Source of the DNA: Sedimentisphaeraceae bacterium JB056 | GTDB lineage: Bacteria; Planctomycetota; Phycisphaerae; Sedimentisphaerales; Sedimentisphaeraceae | Reading direction: 5' to 3' | Assembly (NCBI GenBank): GCA_044440125.1 | Contig: JBITAJ010000022.1 | Location: 128,001 to 192,000 of the forward strand | Length of the DNA: 64,000 bases | Shown here: one piece after another, positions 39,493 through 50,202 of the stretch | Layout of the letters: the number at the start of each line of letters is the position of its first letter | Position numbering within the stretch: the stretch's first letter is position 1 | Notes under the pieces: generated by a model | What the model was told of the DNA's origin: nothing | The model's database searches: none | Seen by the model: only the letters and a program-made list of their open reading frames with translations | Translations under genes and position numbers: made by a program

Positions 39493-42400
39493 TTATTCCA
39501 TTGCCGCATAATCATTTATACCATTTACAAGAACAATAACATCTTTAAGATTTACTATCCCATCATAATTATAATCATTTTGGAGGCGAATATCGGCAGG
39601 AAGGTTCTGGTTGCTCTCCAGCCACCATCCTATCATCACCGCAATATCATCCAGGTTAATCACTCCATCATAGTTTGCATCTCCTGGCTCTGCTTCCCAG
39701 AAAAGACGAGGTGACTCTTGATCGTACTGGAACCAACAGTCCATTCGCCCATCCTCATTATTATTAACTGTATCCCAGCCGAATGTCTCAAGCAGACATG
39801 GGTTTGCAGGGTCGAGCGTTAAGCAACCATCCAAAGTACCGTCATCTATTGAGACTATTGCTTCAAAAGTGTAGCAATTTCTTAACTCCCCTGCATTTTC
39901 ACCGACGAAGCCTGCCGCAAAGTATGCCGAACAATCGGCAAAGCTGTAGCAGTCATTGATTCTTCCAACATTGTAACCCGCTATACCGCCTACTGTTATA
40001 TAACCTTCAACACTGCCGTAGCTGCGGCAGCAACTGATCATGCCCTGATTTTGGCCGGCAATTATACCGGAATCAAAATTGAAATATCTTGCCGCAACTA
40101 TATCCGCTTCAACTCCAAGGTTCTGAATGACACCGCCAGTACCTACAACTCCGAAAAGCCCCTGCGCCGGATTATCACAGAAATCTAACTCAAGATTAGT
40201 GATCGTATGACCGCAACCATTGAATTCTCCGCTGAACGGTATTTCAAGGCTGCCTATTGGAAGCAGATAAATGCCGCTACAATCTATATCACCTTCCAAT
40301 ACCACATCAAGATTCCAGTATTCGCTGTTCTCACTAATATACAGAAGCTCATCGGCAAGCAACACCTCCAAAGGCTCTTCTATTCCATCTTTGCCGTTAA
40401 ACCTCTCACGGTATTTAGCTTGTATAGTTATGTCTTTTACGACATTAGTAAAATCACCATTCCAACCTGCGAAATACCAGCCTTCATCTGCCGCTATAAC
40501 TGGGGCGGTTGCACCGGTCTGAAAAGCTACACTCTGAATCAGGCTGCCGCTCTCAATGTTCCCATGTTCTCCCAGATCAAAAATTACAGTAAACGACATT
40601 CGTTCATATCGAGCATTGACTGTTAAATCAGATGTAATCATGTCAAAACTCTTATCCCATCCAATGAACAGCCAGCCATAGACTGAATCAACTTCGGGAG
40701 CGATTGCCGGGTCTCTCTCCTCTACTGTCTGGATAAGTTCTCCGCCTCCGATTCTTGTACCTCCATTACCAAGATTGAAAGTTACGGTGTAAAGTGGTGT
40801 TGTGTCCAATGTCTGCCAGATCAGTATAGGATAGCCTGAATAATCAGAGTCAACATCTGACATTATCCATGTGTTATTGAAATCCCAACGGTAAGAAGGA
40901 AATGTACTTTGTATTTTCATCTGAGAGGTCGACAAGCCTGTACCGGCACCAGATGTTGTTTGAACGCCAGATACTTCTTCATTCCAAAAGCAATCATAAA
41001 CTCTTGCCCAACCTTTATTATAGCCTATTAGACCGCCCGTATTACTGATACCATTAATAATACCGGCACTGTAACTACCAGAGAATTCACACTCACTTAC
41101 ATAGCCAGATAAACTACCAACATTAGTTCCACCATCAACACTGCCCACATTAAAACTACTGTATATTCGCCCATAATTATTAATGCCTACTAAACCGCCA
41201 ACGTTATTCTGCTGACCCAAAACCCTTCCAGCAAAATAACTTTTACTAATCATGCTCCAACCTTTGCTTTCGCCAATAAGTCCGCCGACATTATTATCAC
41301 CGTACACTTCAGCTATACTATAACTTTCAGCTATTGTGTCTCTATATGTACTACCTATTAATCCGCCAACATTATTGTTACCAGTAATAATGCCTGAACT
41401 GTAGCTGTTTTCAATATTTCCCTCAGCAGTAGCACTCAAACCTATCATCCCCCCAATAAAATCGTTGCCACTGACATTTCCCGAATTAGAGCTGTCATTT
41501 ATTCTACCCTCATAATTATAGCCCACTAATCCTCCAATATTATCACTGCCTGTTACACTCCCCGAGTTAAAGCTATCTGATATATTACCTCTGTTTTCAC
41601 CTACAAGACCTCCAACATTCTCAGATGTTCCATCAACTGATACTTCACTCGAACAATAACTTATGTTTCCCCAATTTCTGCCCACCAAAGCACCAACATT
41701 TTCACTGCCAATAACCGTACCGTTACAGCAGCTATCCATTATATTCCCATGATTTTCCGCTGCTAATGCGCCAACTAATGCACTGCCAGTTACATTACAA
41801 TTGTCAATATTGACATTTATACTTGCGTTTGTGGTTAGATAGCTAAATAAGCCGGAATAACCGCCTCCGAAAATATTCATATTTTTAATTGCAAAACCAT
41901 TGCCATTGAAGCTGCCGTCAAAGCAATATATAATAGCGGTTTTGCAATTAATCGCAGACATATCGATATCATTTAAAAGGGTATAATTCGCAGATATGTC
42001 ATAATTGTTTATTGCAGCAAGCTCAACTGCCGAAGTGATTTGGAATGGTTTTGCGACAGATCCGTCACCTGTTAGAACGGTTGGATTGTAATCACTAAAT
42101 GCTGTCAGTTGCGGATATCCACCAGCTAAAGGCATTTGCCATGTATTACCTATTCCATTTACTGTTTCACCCAAAAAGTTCCAGCCTGCATCCGCAAATG
42201 TAGACAAGGTCTGTAACTGGTCAGTTGTCTTTCCCGTACCGCTGCTGCTATATGTCATACCACTTGTTTGCGTATCCCAGAAACATCCAGATTCAGTTCC
42301 ATTAGAACCTGCGCCTATTAAACCGCCTTTATAAGCACCGCCCTGAACACTGCCTGTGCTGTAGCAGTGAGCAACATTGCCGTCATTGCAACCTGCCAAA

Positions 42401-43155
42401 CCACCAAGATACCAGTCTCCAGCAACTGCCCCTACCGAATAGCAAAACATTATATTTCCGTTATTGTAGCCTGTTAAACCACCAAGAAATCTACCGGTTA
42501 CTCCCACACCTCCGCTAACATTTCCGGTACTGTAACTATTGGTAATAATACCTAAATTATGCCCCACTAAGCCGCCAATGTCACGGGTAGAGCCACTAAC
42601 ACTGACATCGCTATAACTGTTAACAATACCGCCATAATCGTTTCTACCAACGAGTCCACCAACATAGTATACACCATTGACATCACCTGTAATATTACTG
42701 TTAGCAATAAGGCCTTTGTTAGAACCTGCCACACCACCAACAGAACGGTCACCCAACAAACTGATATTTTTAATTTCAATATCTGACACCTTTGCACTAT
42801 TGCCAATGCATCCAAATAATCCAAGAAAATCATTAGATCCGCCATCAATAGTTAGCCCATTAACCGCATAGCCATTACCATCAAAAATGCCCGTAAACAT
42901 AGTTCCGTTAAAAACGCCGTTTGAAGTGTCCGTATTTGGTGCGATCGGAGCTGTTATATAAGTAATTCCACTCAAATCTATATCATTAACCAGAATATAG
43001 TGAGCGGCTAAATCATTATTCACTGACTCAATATCTGCTTTCGTCGCAATCTGATAAGGTGCATTTATTGAACCATCACCTCCGTTAAAAGCAATAGATA
43101 AATTCACATAATATAAAATAAAAGCAACTACTAATGATAATTTTATCACTTTCAT
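39493..43155 (-). CDS. Large secreted GLUG-repeat protein with two InlB-B-like repeats and a C-terminal dockerin-like/EF-hand module
   Basis: Signal peptide; many (V/I)GG(L/I)(V/I)G.N repeats; two TV.F.LG..G...W.F.GW...F..(I/V)..D.T..A.Y units; GDANYDGVINLDD and DYNYDGIVNLKD. Confidence 0.85.
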   Translation of the reverse strand: MKVIKLSLVVAFILYYVNLSIAFNGGDGSINAPYQIATKADIESVNNDLAAHYILVNDIDLSGITYITAPIAPNTDTSNGVFNGTMFTGIFDGNGYAVNGLTIDGGSNDFLGLFGCIGNSAKVSDIEIKNISLLGDRSVGGVAGSNKGLIANSNITGDVNGVYYVGGLVGRNDYGGIVNSYSDVSVSGSTRDIGGLVGHNLGIITNSYSTGNVSGGVGVTGRFLGGLTGYNNGNIMFCYSVGAVAGDWYLGGLAGCNDGNVAHCYSTGSVQGGAYKGGLIGAGSNGTESGCFWDTQTSGMTYSSSGTGKTTDQLQTLSTFADAGWNFLGETVNGIGNTWQMPLAGGYPQLTAFSDYNPTVLTGDGSVAKPFQITSAVELAAINNYDISANYTLLNDIDMSAINCKTAIIYCFDGSFNGNGFAIKNMNIFGGGYSGLFSYLTTNASINVNIDNCNVTGSALVGALAAENHGNIMDSCCNGTVIGSENVGALVGRNWGNISYCSSEVSVDGTSENVGGLVGENRGNISDSFNSGSVTGSDNIGGLVGYNYEGRINDSSNSGNVSGNDFIGGMIGLSATAEGNIENSYSSGIITGNNNVGGLIGSTYRDTIAESYSIAEVYGDNNVGGLIGESKGWSMISKSYFAGRVLGQQNNVGGLVGINNYGRIYSSFNVGSVDGGTNVGSLSGYVSECEFSGSYSAGIINGISNTGGLIGYNKGWARVYDCFWNEEVSGVQTTSGAGTGLSTSQMKIQSTFPSYRWDFNNTWIMSDVDSDYSGYPILIWQTLDTTPLYTVTFNLGNGGTRIGGGELIQTVEERDPAIAPEVDSVYGWLFIGWDKSFDMITSDLTVNARYERMSFTVIFDLGEHGNIESGSLIQSVAFQTGATAPVIAADEGWYFAGWNGDFTNVVKDITIQAKYRERFNGKDGIEEPLEVLLADELLYISENSEYWNLDVVLEGDIDCSGIYLLPIGSLEIPFSGEFNGCGHTITNLELDFCDNPAQGLFGVVGTGGVIQNLGVEADIVAARYFNFDSGIIAGQNQGMISCCRSYGSVEGYITVGGIAGYNVGRINDCYSFADCSAYFAAGFVGENAGELRNCYTFEAIVSIDDGTLDGCLTLDPANPCLLETFGWDTVNNNEDGRMDCWFQYDQESPRLFWEAEPGDANYDGVINLDDIAVMIGWWLESNQNLPADIRLQNDYNYDGIVNLKDVIVLVNGINDYAAME

Positions 43156-43450
43156 AACAATAAACTCCTAATATACAAAATCTGAAAAATTGAGATACCT
43201 GGTAAAACGCGTGCATGCCAAGATCTGCTCTCATACCCGTAAGACCATGCATCATCCTGATTAATAAAAGAACAACAGCTTGTTGATGTGTATACAAAAC
43301 AAGCAATTGCAAAATACCCAATATTATAGGATTAAAACAAAATTCCAATAAAAAGCAAGTTAGAATTCTTTTTCGAATAATTTTTAAGAAAAAACTCCAA
43401 AGAAACAGAATGTAAACATTTCAGATTGCTTCTTTGACTATAACCCCTTC

Positions 43451-44650
43451 TTATCCTTTTAGCTTCCAGATTAGCGACATTAATCCCAGCATTATCGCTG
43501 AAAAGGTGCTTGTAAGCAAAGATATGTTTATACCAAGGCCGTGATCTGCCAGTACTCCTATTATTGACGGTGTAATAAAAGAAGCGATGCACATACTTGC
43601 ACCCAGATAACCGTACATGTGTGCTCGTATCGCATGAAATTGCTCTGGAATAAGTGCCAGAAGGCAAGGCGCAGTTACCGACACCCCTATTCCCCCGATT
43701 GCAATAGCAGCAACAGTTATCCAAAATGTAGGAGCAAACATTGCGAACGACAATATTACTCCACCAATTATTGTACTTAATCCAAGCAGCATACGTATAC
43801 TTAGGTTTGAGAGTCCACCGGCCAAAGCGAATCTGCCTATTGCAAGGCCCAGTGCAAATCCGGTAAAGGTGAGCGAGCCGTAGAAATCCGTAACCTGAAA
43901 TCGCTGCTGTACCATAGGGTTTACCCATGATATTATTCCAACCAACATGCTGCCGTGGCAATACCCCATGAACAATACGGCAAAACATCCGAAAACATTC
44001 TTCTTCTCATGAATCTTTTGATCGTCTTTCAACTCAATATTGTTTTTTTCATCAAAGTCGGCTTTTTTCATTATAGGCTTTGCAAGCCTGCCTCCCCAAA
44101 ACAGTACTGCAAACAACCCCAAAGCTTCTACAGCATACGGGCCGAGAAACATCATCCTTCCCAGCCCATTCCTATCTGCATACTCAACCCACAAGCCAAG
44201 CAAAGGTGTGCTTATCGCAGATGATGCAAACCACAAACCTGAAGCAAATGCCATAACGCGAAGATTGTTATCCCTAAAAGCTCCGCCTAAATATGTGTTA
44301 TTAGCATTGAGGGTAAGAACGTGCATCACGCCCAAAAGAAATAATGGAATGAAAACAGTCCAAAACCCCTGAGAGAAGAATATAAGCAATATAGACGCGA
44401 TGCTGCCAATGATGCCAACCTTCCAGATACGCCATAATCCCATCTGGTCAGAAATTCGTCCAATTCTCATGCACATCAGCAATGCGCCAAGAGACAATGC
44501 ACTTAATATCAACCCTAATTGGGTATTTGTGAGATGAAAGAACCGTTGCATAGGCGGTCCGCATACCCAACCGGTAACCTTGCAGACCTCTATCACAATA
44601 TAAGTTGCAAATATTATAGCAATAGGGTTTTTCTTCACAATCTTGACCAT
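43451..44650 (-). CDS. MFS transporter
   Basis: About 12 TMs; motif A-like GRISDQMG; GLAIGRF in the second half. Confidence 0.8.
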   Translation of the reverse strand: MVKIVKKNPIAIIFATYIVIEVCKVTGWVCGPPMQRFFHLTNTQLGLILSALSLGALLMCMRIGRISDQMGLWRIWKVGIIGSIASILLIFFSQGFWTVFIPLFLLGVMHVLTLNANNTYLGGAFRDNNLRVMAFASGLWFASSAISTPLLGLWVEYADRNGLGRMMFLGPYAVEALGLFAVLFWGGRLAKPIMKKADFDEKNNIELKDDQKIHEKKNVFGCFAVLFMGYCHGSMLVGIISWVNPMVQQRFQVTDFYGSLTFTGFALGLAIGRFALAGGLSNLSIRMLLGLSTIIGGVILSFAMFAPTFWITVAAIAIGGIGVSVTAPCLLALIPEQFHAIRAHMYGYLGASMCIASFITPSIIGVLADHGLGINISLLTSTFSAIMLGLMSLIWKLKG

Positions 44651-44815
44651 ATCAAATATTCATTGAAATATCATCGCCAGTATTTGATGCTGTGGAATTA
44701 TCAGGCCGTTATTTTAAAATACAATGACGTCAAACCACGCCAAGAACATTAATATCACCCAAGCTTCATGGTTATAGTTGCGTGAGATACTTCTGGCTCT
44801 GAAACAAAACTCAAG

Positions 44816-45433
44816 TCATGCTCTTATTATATCGGCTATCTTCATCAGACGACTTGTATTGTCTCTCTCAGCTTCGCTGAGTTTGTCTGCTATGTACCTG
44901 ATAGTCTCTCCGAGCTCAGGTATCAGAACGTGTTCAAGTACATTGACTCTTCGACGAGTCATCTGCAAGTCTGTCGCAAGGAGTTTTGCCTGTTTCTCTT
45001 TTTCGGCAAGTTCAATAAGTTTGTCAAAGACCTTCTCGAGTGAAAGCAACGCGATATCAAGCTCAGGGCTGGTAGATCCGTACCCATAACTGATAATACT
45101 GCCTTCTATATCCTTGTCAAGCTCAGGAACCTTCACATTCATAATTGTAGCAAACTTGACAGCAAGCTCAAAACGTTTTGTTGGAACATCCATGGCCGCT
45201 CTTATATCCTCCGGCTCCATAGTAGCTCTTGCCATCATAAAACGTCGAAAAGTATCAAGAAGACCTTTCTCAACCTCTTTTCTAAGAGGCGATATGTTTC
45301 GCGATATCTGCACAAGCTGCCGGGAAAGCTCATCACGTTTCTGGCTAAGCAGCTTATGTCCGCGGCGGGCGAGCTCTACACGCCTGCGAAGACCAAGCAT
45401 CTCCATTCTTGTAGCATTTACATTTGCCTTCAT
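44816..45433 (-). CDS. ntpD: V/A-type ATPase subunit D
   Basis: RGHKLL.QKRD, TRRRVNVLE. Confidence 0.93.
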   Translation of the reverse strand: MKANVNATRMEMLGLRRRVELARRGHKLLSQKRDELSRQLVQISRNISPLRKEVEKGLLDTFRRFMMARATMEPEDIRAAMDVPTKRFELAVKFATIMNVKVPELDKDIEGSIISYGYGSTSPELDIALLSLEKVFDKLIELAEKEKQAKLLATDLQMTRRRVNVLEHVLIPELGETIRYIADKLSEAERDNTSRLMKIADIIRA

Positions 45434-45521
45434 CTAATCATTAACCCCGCTCTAAGAACAGCACTAACCATTTCTCGCCTATTATCTTGATTTGTATTTG
45501 CCATCATCTGATCACAGCCTG

Positions 45522-46901
45522 TTACTTTCTGAACTTCGGCATATACTTCTCAATAAGCTCCGTGTCAATACGTTTGAGTTCACCGTCATCAAATACACTC
45601 AGAAGTTCCCAGCCAAGGTCAAGAGTATCAAAAACAGTTCTGTTCTCAGCATATCCCTGTGAGATATATCTCGCTTCAAACTCATCTGCAAATTTCATAT
45701 ATTTGAGATCTTCAGGACTCAAAGCAGCTTCGCCGAGAATAGTAGCAAGTTCCTGAGATTCCTTACCTCTTGCATAGGCAGCATAAAGCTGATTGTACAG
45801 ATCGGCATGATCTTCTCGTGTCTTGCCGTCACCAATACCCTTATCCTTCAGTCGTGAAAGACTTGGCAGAACATCCACCGGAGGAAGAACACCCTTACGA
45901 TACAATGAACGACTCATGATAATCTGCCCTTCAGTAATATAACCTGTAAGGTCAGGAACCGGGTGAGTCTTATCATCTTCAGGCATAGTCAAAACCGGTA
46001 CCATCGTAATAGAACCGTTCTTACCTTTGATTCTTCCGGCACGTTCATATATGGTTGCAAGGTCTGTATAAAGATAACCAGGATAACCACGTCGTCCCGG
46101 AACCTCTTTACGTGCAGCACTAATTTCGCGAAGAGCTTCACAATAGTTGGTCATGTCATTGAGAATAACCAGAACCTGCATATCTCTTTCAAATGCAAGA
46201 TATTCTGCAGCAGTAAGAGCAACACGAGGTGTAGCGATTCTCTCAATAGCAGGGTCATTAGCAAGATTGATAAACAGAACAGCTCTTTCAATCGCGCCTG
46301 TACTTGTCAAATCATTAATGAAAAACTGTGCGGCCTCAAAGGTAATACCCATTGCCGCAAAAACAACCGCAAACTCTTCACCTTCACCCAAAACAGTTGC
46401 CTGACGGGCAAGCTGGGCAGTAATTTCATCATGCGGCAAACCTGAGCCTGAGAAAATAGGAAGCTTCTGACCACGAACCAAGGGGTTCAATCCATCAATA
46501 GTTGAGATACCCGTTTGAATAAATTCATTTGGATAATCACGACTGAACGGGTTGATTGGGCTGCCGTTAATATTAAGCCTTTTATCAGCAATAATAGCCG
46601 GGCCATTATCCGCCGGCTGACCTGTACCGGTAAATACACGGCCAAGTATATCAGGCGATACAGCAAGTTCCTGCGGCTTGCCAAGCAAACGCACCGTAGT
46701 GTCATCAGTATCAACACCTTCGGTACCTTCAAAAACCTGTACCAGCACACGGTTGCCGTCAACCTGCAATATCTGTCCATGCCGGATGCTGCCGTCACGA
46801 AGCTCTATATCTACAATATGACCATATTTGGCATTATCAACTGACTCTACCAACATCAAAGGTCCTGCTATACTTGATACGGTCTTATATTCTTTTAACA
46901 T
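45522..46901 (-). CDS. ntpB: V/A-type ATPase subunit B
   Basis: [42 protein letters not shown]. Confidence 0.97.
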   Translation of the reverse strand: MLKEYKTVSSIAGPLMLVESVDNAKYGHIVDIELRDGSIRHGQILQVDGNRVLVQVFEGTEGVDTDDTTVRLLGKPQELAVSPDILGRVFTGTGQPADNGPAIIADKRLNINGSPINPFSRDYPNEFIQTGISTIDGLNPLVRGQKLPIFSGSGLPHDEITAQLARQATVLGEGEEFAVVFAAMGITFEAAQFFINDLTSTGAIERAVLFINLANDPAIERIATPRVALTAAEYLAFERDMQVLVILNDMTNYCEALREISAARKEVPGRRGYPGYLYTDLATIYERAGRIKGKNGSITMVPVLTMPEDDKTHPVPDLTGYITEGQIIMSRSLYRKGVLPPVDVLPSLSRLKDKGIGDGKTREDHADLYNQLYAAYARGKESQELATILGEAALSPEDLKYMKFADEFEARYISQGYAENRTVFDTLDLGWELLSVFDDGELKRIDTELIEKYMPKFRK

Positions 46902-46983
46902 TTTTACTCCTGTTCAGGGGATAAATAAACGGGACAAATTTAATATCATCCTATTTAATTTTCTCAATCATGCAAGCTTTCCG

Positions 46984-48747
46984 CTATTTAAGGTCAGCGA
47001 ATTGCTTATCTATAGCTTTCTCTATTGCCTCTATCTTTTCAATCTCTTCTTCAGGGATATACTTACATCTTGCAATCTCTTCACGCACAGAAAGGCTGAA
47101 GATATCCTTCGTATCAATATCACGTTCTATTGCCTCGATTCCCTTTGCGTGGAAATGAAGTATGAGCTTGAGCATAAGATACTGTTTAGGTAAAGAGGTG
47201 AATGTATCAACCTTATGGAATGCGTTCTGGTGCAGATAATCCTCTCGAATACTCTTTGAAGTTTCAAGAGCCATCCTGTCTTTTGCACCAATAGCCTCGG
47301 CACCAACAAGACGAACAATCTCAACCAGTGATGCTTCCTGCTCAAGAAGCTGCATTGACTGGGTTATCATATGGTCCATTTTCTCCGCCATATCCTTATC
47401 ATCAAAGCATTCCTTGAGATACTGCTTATAGAAAGAATAGCTTGTCAGCCAGTCTATAGCAGGGAAATGCCTTTGCTGGGCAAGACGTGCCTGAAGTGAC
47501 CAGAAAACCTTAACAACATGCAAGGTTGCCTGAACAACTGAGTCGGACAAGTCACCACCAGGAGGACTGACAGCTCCAATGATTGAAACAGCACCTTCTC
47601 TTTGCGGGCTTCCAAGGCATTCTATTCTTCCACCACGCTCATAGAAAGATGCGATTCTTGCGCCAAGATAGGCCGGATAACCTTCCTCGGCAGGCATCTC
47701 TTCCAATCGAGTTGAAATCTCACGCATAGCCTCAGCCCATCGGCTTGTACTATCGGCCATAAGTGCAACCTTATAACCCATATCACGGTAATATTCCGCA
47801 ATAGTAATACCCGTATACACTGACGCTTCACGTGCGGCCACCGGCATATCGGAAGTGTTGGCAATAAGTACAACACGCTCCATAAGCGGCTTGCCCGTTT
47901 TGGGGTCCGTCAGTTCAGGGAACTCGGTAAGAACATCTGTCATTTCATTACCGCGCTCACCACATCCTATATAAACAACGACATCGGCATCAATCCATTT
48001 GGCAAGCTGATGCTGCACAACAGTCTTACCGGTACCGAAAGGCCCAGGCACACAAGCTGTACCACCTACAGCCAATGGGAAGAAAGTATCTATAACCCTC
48101 TGGCCGCTTATCATCGCACGATTAGGCGACAATCTGTTCTTGTTTGCTCTGGGACTACGTACAGGGCATTTCTGCATAAGCTGAACAGGCGTCTCATTTC
48201 CATCAGCATCAACAATCACAGCAATGTCTTCGGTTACTGTAAATTCTCCGCTTTCAATGGACTTCAATGTACCGCTTATCTTTGGCGGAACCATTATTTT
48301 ATGCAGGAGCAATGAACTTTCCTGCACCTGCCCCAATACATCGCCGCCTGAGACTTTATCGCCTTCATTAGCCAATGCTTCAAAGGTCCATTTCTTGTCT
48401 CTATCAAGCCCTGGCAGATCATTTCCTCGACTTATATAACTGCCTTCCGATTCATAAAGAGCCTGCAAAGGCCTCTGAATACCATCGTAAATATTAGAGA
48501 TCAGCCCCGGGCCTAATTCCACGCTAAGTGGAGCACCGGAATTAACAACAGGCTCACCCGGTCCAACGCCGACCGTATCCTCATAAACCTGGATACTGGC
48601 CCTGCCGCTATCCAGCTCAACAATCTCGCCAATGAGATTATCTTCACCAACGCGTACAACGTCGTACATCTTGGCTTTTGCCATTCCTTCAGCCGTAACA
48701 ACCGGCCCCGCCACTTTTACTACTGTTCCCTGTCCAAGTTCTGCCAT
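46984..48747 (-). CDS. ntpA: V/A-type ATPase subunit A
   Basis: GPFGTGKT, GCGERGNE, DSTSRWAEA, PAEEGYPAYL; no intein. Confidence 0.97.
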   Translation of the reverse strand: MAELGQGTVVKVAGPVVTAEGMAKAKMYDVVRVGEDNLIGEIVELDSGRASIQVYEDTVGVGPGEPVVNSGAPLSVELGPGLISNIYDGIQRPLQALYESEGSYISRGNDLPGLDRDKKWTFEALANEGDKVSGGDVLGQVQESSLLLHKIMVPPKISGTLKSIESGEFTVTEDIAVIVDADGNETPVQLMQKCPVRSPRANKNRLSPNRAMISGQRVIDTFFPLAVGGTACVPGPFGTGKTVVQHQLAKWIDADVVVYIGCGERGNEMTDVLTEFPELTDPKTGKPLMERVVLIANTSDMPVAAREASVYTGITIAEYYRDMGYKVALMADSTSRWAEAMREISTRLEEMPAEEGYPAYLGARIASFYERGGRIECLGSPQREGAVSIIGAVSPPGGDLSDSVVQATLHVVKVFWSLQARLAQQRHFPAIDWLTSYSFYKQYLKECFDDKDMAEKMDHMITQSMQLLEQEASLVEIVRLVGAEAIGAKDRMALETSKSIREDYLHQNAFHKVDTFTSLPKQYLMLKLILHFHAKGIEAIERDIDTKDIFSLSVREEIARCKYIPEEEIEKIEAIEKAIDKQFADLK

Positions 48748-48797
48748 ATTATAATATCCTGTAATTCTTTTCTTAAAGTTCAGGCTTTTCTAACTTA

Positions 48798-49118
48798 TCA
48801 TGTAGTCACTATATCAATACCTGTCGCAAGCTTTAATGCTCTGGCAAGCTCGGCAACAGCAAATCCTTCAGGTTCTTTGGTGAAAGGCACTACTACAACG
48901 CAAGGCAACGATTCCTTGTCGACCTCATCAAAGATGTCCTTAGCGCTGTGCGCAACATCCTCTGCTACAACTACAAGAGAGAACTTTTCTTCCAGAATCT
49001 TCCTGGCACTCTCCCGTATCTGCTCCGCTTCATTTTCAACCGGAAAGCTGCTCAGACCAAGTGCCGTAAAAGGCATAACAAAGTCCGCGTTTCCAAGTGC
49101 TGCCGCTTTACCTGTCAT
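48798..49118 (-). CDS. V/A-type ATPase subunit F
   Basis: 106 aa; position in the operon; C-terminal ATGIDI. Confidence 0.85.
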   Translation of the reverse strand: MTGKAAALGNADFVMPFTALGLSSFPVENEAEQIRESARKILEEKFSLVVVAEDVAHSAKDIFDEVDKESLPCVVVVPFTKEPEGFAVAELARALKLATGIDIVTT

Positions 49119-49141
49119 CTAAATCAAACCCTTCATAAATA

Positions 49142-50173
49142 TTAAACTCCCAGCCTGTCAAGAATAAGCTGTTTATCCAGCATATTGCTCTTGGCGGTGA
49201 GTACCATTCTTATTTTTCTAATCTGTTCTGATTTCCTGAAATAATAACTGATCGCCGGCTGGATTCCTGCCGTTATCTGGCCTGAAAGCTCGCAGCATTC
49301 ATCCATATATTTGTCACATAACGATTCAAGTCGCAAAAATGAATTCTGTCTGTTCAAATAATCAATACCAGCCTCGATCAATGCTCCATATGGAGTTGCA
49401 TAACAGATATTCGCAAACTGATCAAGCCCGCCAAGCAGAGCAGATTTAAGCTTATCAATATCAATAAATCCACCATCTATAAAGCCATCCATTGAGTCGC
49501 TTTCGATAAGCTTCTTACGCATAACTGTCTTGATATTGGTAAGATCAGCACGAACCTTAGCCAATCCGTATAAATATGTGCTGTCGGCACTGGATGCCAA
49601 ATCAATCAAAGCATCAAATTCGGCCTGATCAACAACATGATCGATATCGCGTATATCTTTATCCTGATAGTAAGCAAGTATGCCTTCCTCTATTGCCGCC
49701 TGCATATGCTTGGGTAAAAAGCTGTAGTCGTTGTGCTCGAATACTGTTTCGTATACATCCGGTGCTTCACTTCCACCAAGACAATAATCAGTTCCTATCG
49801 GCTTCTCAGTTACAAACCGTCTTAAGGCAAGCCTAAGATTTGACATATCTATCATTATGCAGGGAAGCTGAGAAACAGGGCTGTCGCTTAGAAGGTCTTT
49901 GAAAAAAGCCAATAGCTCCTGCCTACGTTCGGCAAGCATATTTTCGACTTCAGCAAGAGACACTTTACTTTGCCCTAAAGAATACTCACTGCCCGAAAGC
50001 ATCTCAACCGCACTGCCAAGATCCGCTGAAGAAGCCATATCCTGAAAAACAGAATCTGACAGCAGATCAGTCTCCATTGAGCGAATCAACGCCGCCTGAA
50101 AAGCAAAATGCCAGTCATCTCCGCCAACATCAGGGAGCATAGCAATATTTATTTCATTAGTAAAAACAGTCAT
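49142..50173 (-). CDS. ntpC: V/A-type ATPase subunit C (d)
   Basis: 343 aa; D..N.K...R and I.GG motifs; position between E and F. Confidence 0.8.
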   Translation of the reverse strand: MTVFTNEINIAMLPDVGGDDWHFAFQAALIRSMETDLLSDSVFQDMASSADLGSAVEMLSGSEYSLGQSKVSLAEVENMLAERRQELLAFFKDLLSDSPVSQLPCIMIDMSNLRLALRRFVTEKPIGTDYCLGGSEAPDVYETVFEHNDYSFLPKHMQAAIEEGILAYYQDKDIRDIDHVVDQAEFDALIDLASSADSTYLYGLAKVRADLTNIKTVMRKKLIESDSMDGFIDGGFIDIDKLKSALLGGLDQFANICYATPYGALIEAGIDYLNRQNSFLRLESLCDKYMDECCELSGQITAGIQPAISYYFRKSEQIRKIRMVLTAKSNMLDKQLILDRLGV

Positions 50174-50202
50174 TATTAAACGTTTCCTCTTCAGGCAAGA
50201 TT

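Noticed and set aside
40900..42800. Repetitive DNA as a CRISPR array, DGR or tandem array
   Set aside because: The repeats are degenerate protein-level GLUG motifs; no identical nucleotide repeats with spacers and no reverse transcriptase
43205..43225. TTGGCATG as a possible sigma54 promoter for the GLUG gene
   Set aside because: No GC at the -12 position
43085..43988. 87-aa and 218-aa minus-strand ORFs
   Set aside because: Out-of-frame overlaps with the GLUG and MFS genes; implausible composition
44651..44700. GGCGATG upstream of the MFS gene, resembling the start of a fluoride riboswitch
   Set aside because: Lacks the downstream TCGCC and CTAATGA pseudoknot elements
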